The translations under genes were made by a program, and so were the position numbers. From positions 53,066-73,065 of the forward strand of contig JALJEE010003013.1 of NCBI GenBank assembly GCA_023231475.1: DNA of 20,000 nucleotides, given 5' to 3'. The notes beneath the pieces are model-generated. The model was not told the DNA's origin. It saw only the letters and a list, made by a program, of their open reading frames with translations, and did not search any database. The number at the start of each line of letters is the position of its first letter. The first letter of the stretch is position 1. Positions 1 to 10,821 of the stretch are shown here, one piece after another. Source of the stretch: Seison nebaliae. Taxonomy: Eukaryota.

Positions 1-62
1 AGATTGAATAACGAAAATAAAATTAAAAGTTCAAAATGAAACAACTTGAAAACTTTCAAATA

Positions 63-600
63 TACACTACTGGACTTAAGTTAGTTTTAGCCGAATTTAG
101 TTTTATTGGACAAAGGAGATGAAACAATTTAAAAACTTAAATGAAACACAATTTAGTATGACATCCAGCCTCCGTGCTCCATTTCAAACAGCCTTGATGG
201 CATTGATAATTGATATACAGTTTTCTATTATATTATTATCCATTTTCTCCCACTTTTCTTCAATTTTAGAGAAGAGCTTGTCGGTGGTTCTAAAGGACTC
301 TAATATTTTTGGAATATTGCCCAAACGTCTTCGATTGGATTTAGATGGGGAGGCCGAGCCGGATGGGGAAAAATTTTCATATTTTCTTCTTCCAAATAGG
401 TTAGACTAGCCCTTGATTTGTGAATGGCCGCATTATCCTGCTGGAAAGTGAATTTATTTTCGTAGAAGGTACGACAATCGTTTACAAAATGTTCGTGCAG
501 CATTTTGATTTAATTTTCGCTGTTCATCATTTCTTTTATTAGGATAATTTTTCATTTATAGCCGCCTCCAATGTCGCCCCAAATCATTAGTGATTTTTTA
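63..600 (-). mobile_element. Decayed, one-end-truncated Tc1-family (DD34E) DNA transposon: transposase C-terminal half plus one putative terminus
   Basis: Minus strand reads SLMIWGDIGGGYK*KIILIKEMMNSEN*IKML...FTFQQDNAAIH...HPARPPHLNPIEDVW, with exactly 34 residues between D (QQDN) and E (NPIE). After a frameshift it continues WEKMDNNIIEN...SMPSRLFEMEHGGWMSY* (stop 153-155), like the Tc1 SMPRR...GG.TKY end. In-frame stops are present. TA at 63-64 followed by CACTACTGGAC resembles a TA target plus TIR start; no partner TIR seen. Confidence 0.88.
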
Positions 601-1175
601 TAATGTTTCGCGTATACGTTTATGCTCGACGTATATGTGCTTTAAAGATTCCAAACAAAAATTATCTAGTTCGCAAATGATTTATAAATGTACAAAAAAT
701 CGAATTTCCTCATAAAATGTTGAATATTTAACCATGGTCATTGCAATGAATCACTTGCTATATAAGTCAAATTTTCAACCACAATGTTTTCATCATTCTA
801 TTTTAAAGTTTTTTTTAAAAAATCTCCAATATATAGAATGGCTTCAATTAAATAGGATGACCAAATCACCGTCTTTAGCAAAACAGGATAACAAAACAAT
901 ATTAAGAATAATTCTGATATTTTAGGTCTGCTATGGATTATGTAAAAACAATTTCTCTTATGTTTTCTTCCTTTTCTTTAGTATTCAATTGGCAGCAGAA
1001 AAAATATAAGTTTAATAGATAATTTAATAAGACAAAATGGATCAATATTAGCAACGTTAATCGTATCTTTCTTACGAATTAGTTTTATGAATTAGGAAAT
1101 GACCATTAATTTTTCTAATTTCACTTTGCTCATTTGGATATTTAACTTTCGCTTAATTTCATCAATCCTTATCAG

Positions 1176-2874
1176 ATATCGTTGTTCAAATAAATTTGAA
1201 TATGCCTGTTTGGGTGCAAATAAGAAGTATGATAGTTACACAATTACAGCAACGCTAATCATTACGGGAACCAGTCAGGCGACGATTAGTTGCTCAGCTT
1301 ATGAAAACTTAATTGTTTATATAATTGATTATTAACTTTCATTATTCTCTAATAGCTTATATGTAAAATTATGGAGAATGCCAAAACCATCGTTGTCAAA
1401 CCGGAATTTCAACGAGGAATACCAATCACAATTTATAGGTTGATTTTTCAAGATGAAACTGAAATAAAGGAATTTTTTTGTTTTTCCAATTAATTGAAAT
1501 ATTAGTGGAGAAAGAGCAGAAACACCGATGGAGTTCTCTACACCAGAAGATGAAAAAAAGGTCAGTTTGGTTATCGGAGTAGATGTAAAACATTCATGGG
1601 ACAAACGTCTAGTATATAATTACTACATAACTCCAGTTTAAATTTTTGAACTTCAATTCACAAAAACTAATTTCTTTACATGAACCAGACTGGACAGACG
1701 TTTCGTCAGTATCGCAAGAAAATGGAGGAAAAGTTAAATTTTATGAAAAATTTGTGTATTTTAATATAATTGAGTCGTTTTCTAGACGCTCAAAGCATCA
1801 CTTGGATATAAACTCCAAAGCACATAGTTATCCGAATTTTTTAAAGAAAACTAAACGATTAATGCTATCTCCCGCCTCAACACTAATTCCAATCAATTTA
1901 GATATACACATGATATATGACGTGTTTTTGAATGGTTCCTTAATCACGTCAGAGGAATCAACTTCTCTCATTTACACAGAAGTTCCATTTTGATCAAAAT
2001 ATTAATGAAAGGAACTCTTCGTTTAAACAGATAAAAGCAGCCATATTTCATTCCTTAAAATTCTTAGGCGGTAAAATATTCAAATCGATCAATTCCGTTA
2101 CCGTGACCGGACGAACAATTTATTCGGTAAAGAATAGTATGAAAGTTTATTTTGAAGCACGATTCGCAACACAACTATGCAATTTCAATCAAAAATTTCT
2201 TGAACCTCATGATAAAGAAAAGTCACACGTTATACTCACTACTAAAGCTTATGATAAATTGTCAATTGATCTCCCACAAACTTTGAGACGATCAATGTTT
2301 GTTCATAAATTAAGTTTTCTTTTCCATTTAAGCTTGTTAATGTTAACAAATTTCCATATCTCAGTAATCTTTGATTTCCTGTTAAGACCTCTGAGAAATT
2401 CAGATTTCGATGCAGGAGAACGTCGGACGGCGAAGAATTCATCAAACCATAATATTAAAATTTACATTCTAATTTTGATCATCCTTATGCTAGTAGCACT
2501 CTATATCTATAAAGATCAAACTGAAACATTTGTTAAAAAATTCATATTTTCAAGTTACAAGTTTAAACTCGTCAACTTCCAAATGAATAAGTTCGCTTTT
2601 TTTGTACTCTTTTTAGGAAATTCTAATCCGAAGTCTAAAGAATCTTCATTCCTCTTCAACAGTTTCTATTTAATTCGACATTTTGCCACTTCTATATTTT
2701 TCAGATTCTTCGAAAAATAATCTTTTTCTAAAAGATAAGAGAGGTTCAAAATCAACAGGTAGTTCTGGAAGCATACATATATCTCACCCAAACGCCAAAT
2801 ATCGATCATCATCATTACCTCCTCTTACATCTACACCTTCCTCTGGTTCCCATCGTCAATCAACGCTAACGTGA
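1176..2874 (+). CDS. Multi-exon gene for an unknown single-pass membrane protein (C-terminal TM, Ser/Pro-rich tail); 5' end unresolved
   Basis: Frame-restoring GT-AG introns at 1315-1355, 1439-1505, 1636-1688, 1733-1785, 1982-2030 and 2662-2704 join ORFs 1099, 1646, 2103 and 2683 into one frame. Optional in-frame introns at 1827-1901 and 2554-2616. TM-like IYILILIILMLVALYIY at about 2460-2510; stop TGA 2872-2874. No family recognised. Confidence 0.65.
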
Positions 2875-3086
2875 TACTAACATTTATCTTGTAAGATGCC
2901 TTAAAAGATTTTTTGGAAATTTATATTAAGAAACTGACAATTGACAAAGTTCATGTCGATTTCGTTTCTGAATATTTTTTTATTATATATAAAATTAAAT
3001 TGAAAATTGTTATACTAATAGACATGAATTAGGTTCAATTGAAAATTTTATTTCGATTTTATAATTTCCTAAAAAATTATTTCCTC

Positions 3087-5982
3087 ATGAATTTTTATTA
3101 TTTTCTTATATCAACTCTTGTTATCACGTTGGAGGCTTCTAAGAATAGATTAGGTGTTTATTACTCGTCTAATATTCCTCCTTGTTTTTACTGCGAGGGT
3201 GACACAATTGAAGATCTCAATTTCACATCAACATCCGAGTTGATTTGTAGGGACGAGAGTTCTAATTTAACGGTGAGTTCATTTGTCATTAACCAATACT
3301 TAATTATGTTTGGTAGCTTAGCTATGTATCACCAGAATCAAAGCCCCTTTGCTCCTATGACGAAGTTGAAAATTTTCCATCCCGCTCTGTGGTAAGAGTT
3401 TTCAAATTAACGTTAGTTCATCCTTCTTATTCAGATTTCAACCGAAATCAGATTTGATATGTACCGAAAAAAATTGGATTAAGTTTTTAGATTTTGAATT
3501 TATACTTTAACTGTTCTCAATTCGGATAGTCTTATAATTTATCTTATTTCAGTCATTTCTTCTTTTATTTCAAAATTTAAATTTTGATGAATATTGAAAA
3601 TAAATCTTGTTTGATTGTTTTTAGGAAAGAGCAACCAGTAATTCCCAAATTTACAAAAGATTATGAAGTTTTAGCGATTCTAGATCCGGAAAAATTATTG
3701 AAAACATTCGATGATGTACATTTAGTTATCACTTATACAGTTAAATTTTATAGAATTATTATGATTGATTTTTATTCATCAAATTATACAGCCAAATAAG
3801 AAGCAAGTAAAAATTGTTTCTCCTGAAGATTTTGCTCAATTGTCCGATTCTTCCCCTTCTGAACGGCCGACGATACGAACATTGCTCTCAACCACAACAT
3901 TGGAATCAACCACAGCATTAGAACTAACAACAACATTAGATCCAACAACTAAATTAAACCCAACAACTAAATTGGATACAACGATAAAATTGACTAGAAA
4001 ACGGTCAACAATTGTAACGATGGAGAAAGAGTGGAAAAAAAATAAAATGCCGATTCTCAATAATCCTATAATAAGTAAATCATTAGGTAATTCAAATGAG
4101 AAAAATGTGAAACCTCGATGGAAACATAAGAATGAATCAAGCCTAAACGAAAAAGTGAAAGATGAAGGATTGTCAATAAACGATATCTTGAAGATGGGAA
4201 GATTTAATTTTTCAGCGGAAAATGATATTTTCATACTGATCACCCAAAGTTCAGTTTTGACTTTGAGTAATGCTTATGTGAAAAATACTTGGATCACGAA
4301 TAGCGTTACAAATTTATTTTGTTTTTCAATAATAATGTAAAGTAATATAGATAAGAAATACGATTCGGAAATTAATGTGGAATTTAATAAGAGATCTACC
4401 TAAAAAGCATATCGAGGTGGCTATAGGTACATTAGGACAAAATATTAATAAGAAATTTGAGATCGATATACATTTCAGCATAAGAACGAGAAGATCGAGA
4501 CTATCAAGTCAGTATCCGGATATATTTCATACAAAACATCAGCTCGAAAGATTAATGAATGCAAAAAATTTTACGGATGTATATCAAAGGAGTTTAAGGT
4601 CATCAATAGCTTTAGAGTCGATAGGTTCCATATCCACCTTTCATAAATTTGTTTATTAAAAATATGTTCATTAATTAGCCCTTAAACCAGCTGTGGCGAT
4701 GGCATGGACTGTTAGAATTAAAAATACGGAACATCAAATTTTTCCCATTCATAAATGGTTTATAGTTGGTTGTTGTGCTCTAATGGGACTACTCATGGCA
4801 ATCATGCTAAGTTACCGATATAGGCATCAGATAAGAATGAAATGGCTTAAAACGAGGAAAGAAGTGAAAAAGATGTTTAAACGACGAAAATGGAGTGTAT
4901 TAGCGAAACAATCTGCAAACACTCCAGATATCTCTAAGTTTAATAGACGTACAACTGGTAGCGATCCAAAGAATTTCACAGAAGTTGACGAAGCAGAATT
5001 TGAAGAGTACGGAAAATTCTTCGGACCTTTCGGACATCGAGGTTCTTTTTCATTCAAAATATTTAAGTTTATTCTTATTTTAGTTAATTTCGCACGCAAT
5101 CGATATTATGATATACCTGAAAGTACTGTTGGATCTACAGAACTCTCAGTCTTATATTCGGGATCGGACAGAACTGGTAGAACAAGAGACAGAAATCGAC
5201 TTTCTAGAAACAAGTCCAAAGAATCCATCAAACACAAAGTATCAACATCGAAATCTAAGGCAGATGCTCGTAAATCGAAAATAGAAATGGAACCTAGAAC
5301 GGAAACTCGTAGAGCAAGGTCAGAACCGGTTGTTGAGATAGTAAGACCAAGGGGAGAATCATCGAGACCGAGAGGAGAATCATCTAGACAGAGAGTAGAA
5401 AGCAGACCCGAAACATCCAGATCTAGAGCGGATGCCTCCAGATACAGAGTTGAGTCTTCGAAATCTCGCGAAGATACTCGATCAAGAGTTGAACCTTCAA
5501 AATCGAAAGTAGAAACTTCCAAGTCGAAGTTAGAACAATCAGGATCGAAAGTAGAAAGATCAAAATCCCGGGTTGAAACATCAAAAACAAAAGTAGAACC
5601 TTCCAGATCAAGAGTCGAAGCGGGCAGATCTCGAACGGAACAATCTAAAACAAAACTGGAAGGATCTAAATCGAGAGTTGAAAAATCAAGATCACGAGTC
5701 GAACCGGCTAGATCGAGGACGGAAGGAAGAATTGATCAATCGAGGTCGAGAACGGAGGGAAGAGTAGATCAATCGAGATCGAGGACAGAAGGAAGAGTTG
5801 ATCAGTCGAAATCACGGACAGAATATAGACCTGAAAGAAAAGTGGAACCATCGAAATCAAGAGATATATCACTGAAGGGACAAAACAAAAACAAAGTTAT
5901 TTTCTCCGCCCCACAAAATGAGTCATCCACCCGAATGGATTCGAATAAACAAGGGTCTTCCAGATCTAGAACAAGACATTAA
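3087..5982 (+). CDS. Type I membrane protein: signal peptide, Cys-containing N-terminus, Thr-rich mucin-like stalk, TM helix, long Arg/Ser/Glu/Lys repeat cytoplasmic tail
   Basis: ATG 3087 begins MNFYYFLISTLVITLEA (signal-peptide-like). Introns 3277-3321 (in-frame, optional), 3365-3434, 3483-3624, 3740-3791, 4305-4350, 4625-4678 and 5042-5083 (in-frame, optional) link ORFs 3039, 3584, 3765, 4375 and 4693 without stops. TM WFIVGCCALMGLLMAIMLSY (about 4756-4815) is followed by basic RYRHQIRMKWLKTRK. Confidence 0.72.
3885..3992 (+). repeat. Coding 18-nt tandem repeat (LxxTTx, about 6 units)
   Basis: ttggaatcaaccacagca/ttagaactaacaacaaca/ttagatccaacaactaaa/ttaaacccaacaactaaa/ttggatacaacgataaaa = LESTTA LELTTT LDPTTK LNPTTK LDTTIK. 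Confidence 0.85.
5344..5817 (+). repeat. Coding tandem repeats: 21-nt (7-aa, VExS[KR]S[RK]) array, then three 33-nt (11-aa, TEGRVDQSRSR) units
   Basis: VEPSKSK VETSKSK LEQSGSK VERSKSR VETSKTK VEPSRSR VEAGRSR TEQSKTK LEGSKSR VEKSRSR VEPARSR, then 5719-5817 TEGRIDQSRSR TEGRVDQSRSR TEGRVDQSKSR. Confidence 0.9.
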
Positions 5983-6234
5983 CAATAACTTTATTAATTA
6001 ACTTCATAATTTTTTCAAAAAAATTAATTTTGAATAGAAGAATTTCAAATATTTCTTTCAGCGTATACATCTCATGTGAGTCTCAACTATTATCGACAAT
6101 TTCTATTATTGTACAATTTCTATTATAATTCGAAGAATATTATTGTTTTTTGTTTTAATTATTTCTAATTCAAATTTTTATTATTCACTTTATAAAAATT
6201 TTCTCTAAATTATTTCAAGTAAGATTTTAATTAA

Positions 6235-6815
6235 TTAATTTTAATTATTATTTATTGAAGTACAATCCCAATTAGGGTAAAAGAAAAAAAAAGAAATAAA
6301 TTATAAAAGATTAATAAGATCACCAAAATAATTTTTTAGACCGACAAAATTATTATTGTTGATTAGCTCACGGCCAAGTGAAATACTAGAGACAAGATCA
6401 CCCGGTATGTACTCATCCAACTTGAAGTTGTGTAGCATACCCCTGGCATCAGAGAGAGATGATGGATACGATAAATTATAATATGAACAAAAATAACGGA
6501 GAGGAGTGTTAAATTTCTCACATTGCGAGAATTCCGGGAAGGGAAACGGAGAGGTCAATATAGTTTCCGATAGCGAGAGATAACGATCAAGCATAATAAC
6601 CGGAAAGGGAGATAGTTCCACAATAGAAAACATGAAAGCCCTGCAAAACGGTCTAGGACGGCCCAGTAAGATACGAATGCACCGGTTATAAGCCTTATCC
6701 AAGGAGCCCATGGACTTATTAGAGATACCAAGAGACGCTTGAAGTCCATAGAACCCACAATAGAACGTGACGAAAAGTTTCATCTTCAATTTCACTGGAT
6801 AAAATTTACATTTAT
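6235..6815 (-). mobile_element. 5'-truncated non-LTR retrotransposon (post-RT C-terminal region, RTEX-like) with 3' AATAAA and TAA/TTAA tail
   Basis: ORF 6301-6795 KLKMKLFVTFYCGFYG...LDKAYNRCIRILLGRPR...AFMF matches the recalled LINE post-RT motif K..LF..YC..YG..W....L..AYN...R.LLG.PR.....MF. Intronless and GC-richer than flanks. On the minus strand the stop is followed by a T-rich stretch, then AATAAATAATAATTAAAATTAATTAATT. Clade assignment is tentative. Confidence 0.75.
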
Positions 6816-7384
6816 GATTTAATAATTAAAATAATTATTCAATTTAATTAAAGCAACTTTTAATTTTTTGAAGATAACATCTCTAAGGTAATTAGATTAG
6901 ACGCTTAACCTGAAAATTGAAAGTTTACATCTTTTAGAGATTTTATTATTCTCCGGTTCTTTCTTTAGCAGAATAAATGAAGAATAACTTCAGATATTGA
7001 TATTGAATTATTCTTAGAATTGTAACTATTATATGAAATGTTATGATCGATAAGAAATGTGCACGAAAAATATTCACGGAACTTCATAGTAGAAGGATAC
7101 GAAATTAGAAGGTTAAAGCAAAGAGAAGTGTATGATTAGAAGAGATTATTATGATGAAAAAAGACGTGTAGTGATAGAAGAGCTATAAAATAATGAATGA
7201 GAGAGAAAGAATTAAGAAATTTAAGCTGAATTATCATTCGGAAGATATTGAACATTCTGAATAATTGTCTCGTACCAGAGTCTTGTTACTAGATTGACGT
7301 AAGAGGAAAATAAATAAGAATATAAACAATCAAAGCCTTCATCAAAAAGCAGCAAAAAAACTTATATAATATTCGAGAGAGAAA

Positions 7385-10300
7385 ATGAGAAATATCCGTG
7401 GTGATACAATGCGAGGCTTGTCCGTTTTCATTTCAGACATTCGCAATTGTCGAAGTCGTGAAGCTGAAACGAGAAGAATTTTAAGAGAATTGGCAAATAT
7501 ACGATCGAAGTTTCGTGGTGATCGTGCACTGGATGGATATCAAAAAAAGAAATATGTTTGTAAACTAATTTTCATTTTCCTTCATGGATATGACATCGAT
7601 TTCGGTTATAATGAGGCGGTCAATCTTTTGTCTTCCAATAAATATTCAGAGAAGCAAATTGGCTACCTCTTCATTTCGATTTTAGTGAGTGCCGAGAATG
7701 ATTTGATGCGACTAATCATGCAGAATATCAGAAATGATCTTCAATCTCGCAATCCCATATTCGTTCAATTGGCATTGCAATGTATAGCGAATATGAATGA
7801 TAATCCGGAAATCGTTGAGATGGTAGGACAAGAAATACCAAAATTATTAATTTCTGGTGAATCCATTGACTCGATTAAACAAAGTGCAGCATTATGTTTA
7901 TTGAAATTAGTGAGATTACAACCAAATTTGATCGATCACGATTATGCTCCACGAATTATTCATTTATTAAACGATCAACATATCGGTGTAGTAACGGCAG
8001 CAACTGGTCTATTAGTCCAATTGTGTAAACAATTTCCAGAAGAATATAAGGGATGTGTATCATTGACAGTATCTCGTTTGTCACGTATCATTACCACATC
8101 ATATAAAGATTTACAGGATTATACTTATTATTTCATTCCTGCACCGTGGTTAGCTGTGAAATTGTTGCAAATCCTTCAATGTTATCAACCGTCAGAAGAT
8201 GCTGGAATTAGAAGTCGTTTAAATGAATGTTTGGATACGTTGTTGAAGAGAGTGGTGGATAATCCACGAACGAAAAAAACTCAACATTCCAATGCGAAGA
8301 ATGCTGTTCTATTTGAAGCGATTCTTCTTATTATTCATTTGGATAATGAACCGGAATTATTGATTCGTGCTTGTAATCAATTAGGCGTATTTCTCACTAG
8401 TCGAGAAGTGAATTTACGTTATCTGGCATTAGAATATATGTGTCTATTAGCAACTAGTGAGTTCGCTCATGAAGCTGTAAAGAGACATGATGAAACGGTT
8501 TGTGCTGCACTTCGAACAGAGAGAGATATTAGTGTTCGTCAGAAAGCTGTCGATCTTCTTTATGCGATGTGTGATCAAACGAATACGGAACAAATAGTTG
8601 AACAAATGTTATCTTATCTACAAGCGAGTGCAGCCGATTATTCGATCAGAGAAGAAATGGTATTGAAAGTAGCAATACTAGCAGAGAAATATGCCATAAA
8701 TACCAATTGGTATTTAGACGTCATGTTAAGACTGATTAGATTAGCGGGCGATTTTGTAAGTGAAGAAGTTTGGCAACGTGTCATCCATATCGTAACGAAT
8801 CGTCAAGAAGTACAAGGATATGCAGCAAAGACGGTATTCGAAGCATTGCAAGCACCAGCTTGTCATGAAAATATGGTGAAAGTTGGCGGTTATATTTTGG
8901 GAGAATTTGGGAATTATATTGCTGGTGATCCACGTTCATCACCCGAAGTCTTACTACAAATTCTTCATTCTAAATTTCCATTCTGTACTTTGTCCACGCG
9001 CTACATTCTATTAACGGCATATGTGAAATTTGCCAATTTATTTCCGGAAATGAGATCGAAAATTCTGGAAATTCTCCATTTGGATATGAACATCAGATCA
9101 GCTGATATCGAAATGCAGCAACGTGTATCCGAATATCATCAACTGATAAAGACGAGTTCTGATGATGAATTGGCTTACGTATTTGAGAATATGCCGTCAT
9201 ATCCAGAGAGAGAATCATCAATTCTTTTAAAATTGAAACAGAAGAAACAATTGACAAATGTCGATCATCCTTCTAATGGGAATGTCGATAAGAAGAATGA
9301 TGTCGTCTCATCATCAACTGCTCCTTTCAAAAATGATTTGTTAACTAATAAATCGAATACTTTATTAGAGAAAGCTAAAGTAGAATCTATCACTAATAAT
9401 TTATCTGGTCTCTTAATTGATGATTTAAATATGAATGATTCCTCTCAACCATCATCCAACGGAAACATTATCGATTCGTCCATCAACAACAAACCATTAT
9501 CCAACCAACCAATTCAACAACAACAACAACAACAACAACCAACAGCATCAATACCTAATAATAAAATAGAAACAAATTTGAATGATATTTTTGGTCTTGG
9601 ATCTACATCGACTGATGTACCATCATCCATCGTATCATCATCAATTTCGCCATTTGTCAACAATAACGAAATCGATATTCCGTCAAATGATAATTTGAAA
9701 AAAGCAATCATGAGACATTTGGAAGGTTTTGCAATAACCGAAGATAATTGTCGCATCGACATCACATGTGAAACGAAGAAGAATTTCTGTAAATTACAAA
9801 TAACTTTCTCTAATTCTGTTCCATCCTCCTTTGTCATGATTGACTCTTCGGATATCAATGTTCCAAAATTACAATTATTACAAAATAATTTATCATCCTT
9901 CACTGAACCGAAAGCATTAATCTTTACGGGACAATGTTCCCAAGTATTTCGCACTATCGACAATGCTTCATCCTTACCTGTCATCGACTTTAAGTTTTCT
10001 TCCTTTAAACATTTCATTTTTCTTCAATTCATTCTAGATTTGGTGAGAAAACTTACCATATGACATGTCCATTATTTCTCAATTATTTCGCTAGTGATTC
10101 ACCAATGGAAAAATCCGTATTCCAACAACGATGGACTTATTTAGCATCGTTATTCTTTATTTTCTTCTTTTACATAAAATTCAACATTCTCCTCAACTTT
10201 TTTTTCAATTGATTTTTACAATTTTTCATTCTGCATTTTTCTCTTCCTTTTTAGAAATGGGAAAATGACATCTAAAATATTCGAAGTCTCTTGGACATAT

Positions 10301-10653
10301 GAACCATCGATGAATAATATAATCGATTCGAAAGTTTCTTAAGATATTAATCTTTTTTCCTAATTCTTCTGTCATCTAGTTAATCGGAATGGGATTTGCA
10401 ATAATTGGAAAATCAGAACCGAATCAACTAGAATGGAATGGAGGTCTCATCGTCAATGTCAGTAGTCAAATGAAAGGTGTCTTGCACAAACTACGATATA
10501 ATCAAACAACACAAGTTATATTTTGTATTGAGAAATAATTAATTAAATCGGAAAATTTGTAAATAGATGTGGCAAACGGAAATCTTATCAACTCAACAAG
10601 ATGTTGCTGATGAAATTGCTTCATTGGTTGTCGCGAATATTTCTCATAATTAA
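7385..10653 (+). CDS. AP2A: AP-2 complex subunit alpha (alpha-adaptin), 1006 aa; exons 7385-9993, 10038-10148, 10255-10333, 10380-10514, 10567-10653
   Basis: Diagnostic N-terminus [14 protein letters not shown]...ELANIRSKF...[13 protein letters not shown] and trunk motifs [41 protein letters not shown]. Four introns restore the appendage platform domain (FQQRW...SKLIGMG...QMW...*), collinear with human FFQRW...AKIIGFG...QMYRL. Confidence 0.97.
9515..9538 (+). repeat. (CAA)8 polyglutamine tract in the alpha-adaptin hinge
   Basis: Eight perfect CAA units in frame within the low-complexity N/S/Q linker. Confidence 0.95.
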
Positions 10654-10821
10654 AAAGATTTTTAATGATTTCATTATTTATATTATTAGTCAACGAATTT
10701 ATTCAAAATTTTATTTCCATTCTAAATTTTCGGTCAATCGTTGAAGCTTTTCCTGTCTCTCCACATCATTTCATTCTCTCTTTCGATATTATTCGTGTTG
10801 TCAGTCATCATTAAAATTCCA

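Noticed and set aside
119..409. Plus-strand 96-aa ORF
   Set aside because: Antisense to the Tc1 transposase relic, with no independent support.
5106..5611. Antisense ORFs 5106-5522 and 5423-5611 (also 3836-4243, 4827-5099, 9514-10017, 13316-13609, 15481-15666)
   Set aside because: Shadow frames opposite real or repetitive exons; the poly-Cys in 9514-10017 is just the reverse of (CAA)8.
5344..5817. CRISPR-like array
   Set aside because: Contiguous in-frame coding repeats without spacers, in a eukaryotic gene.
6960..7300. Purine-rich stretch upstream of AP2A resembling a decayed ORF
   Set aside because: Stops in the frames examined and no recognisable motif; cannot be separated from promoter or UTR sequence.
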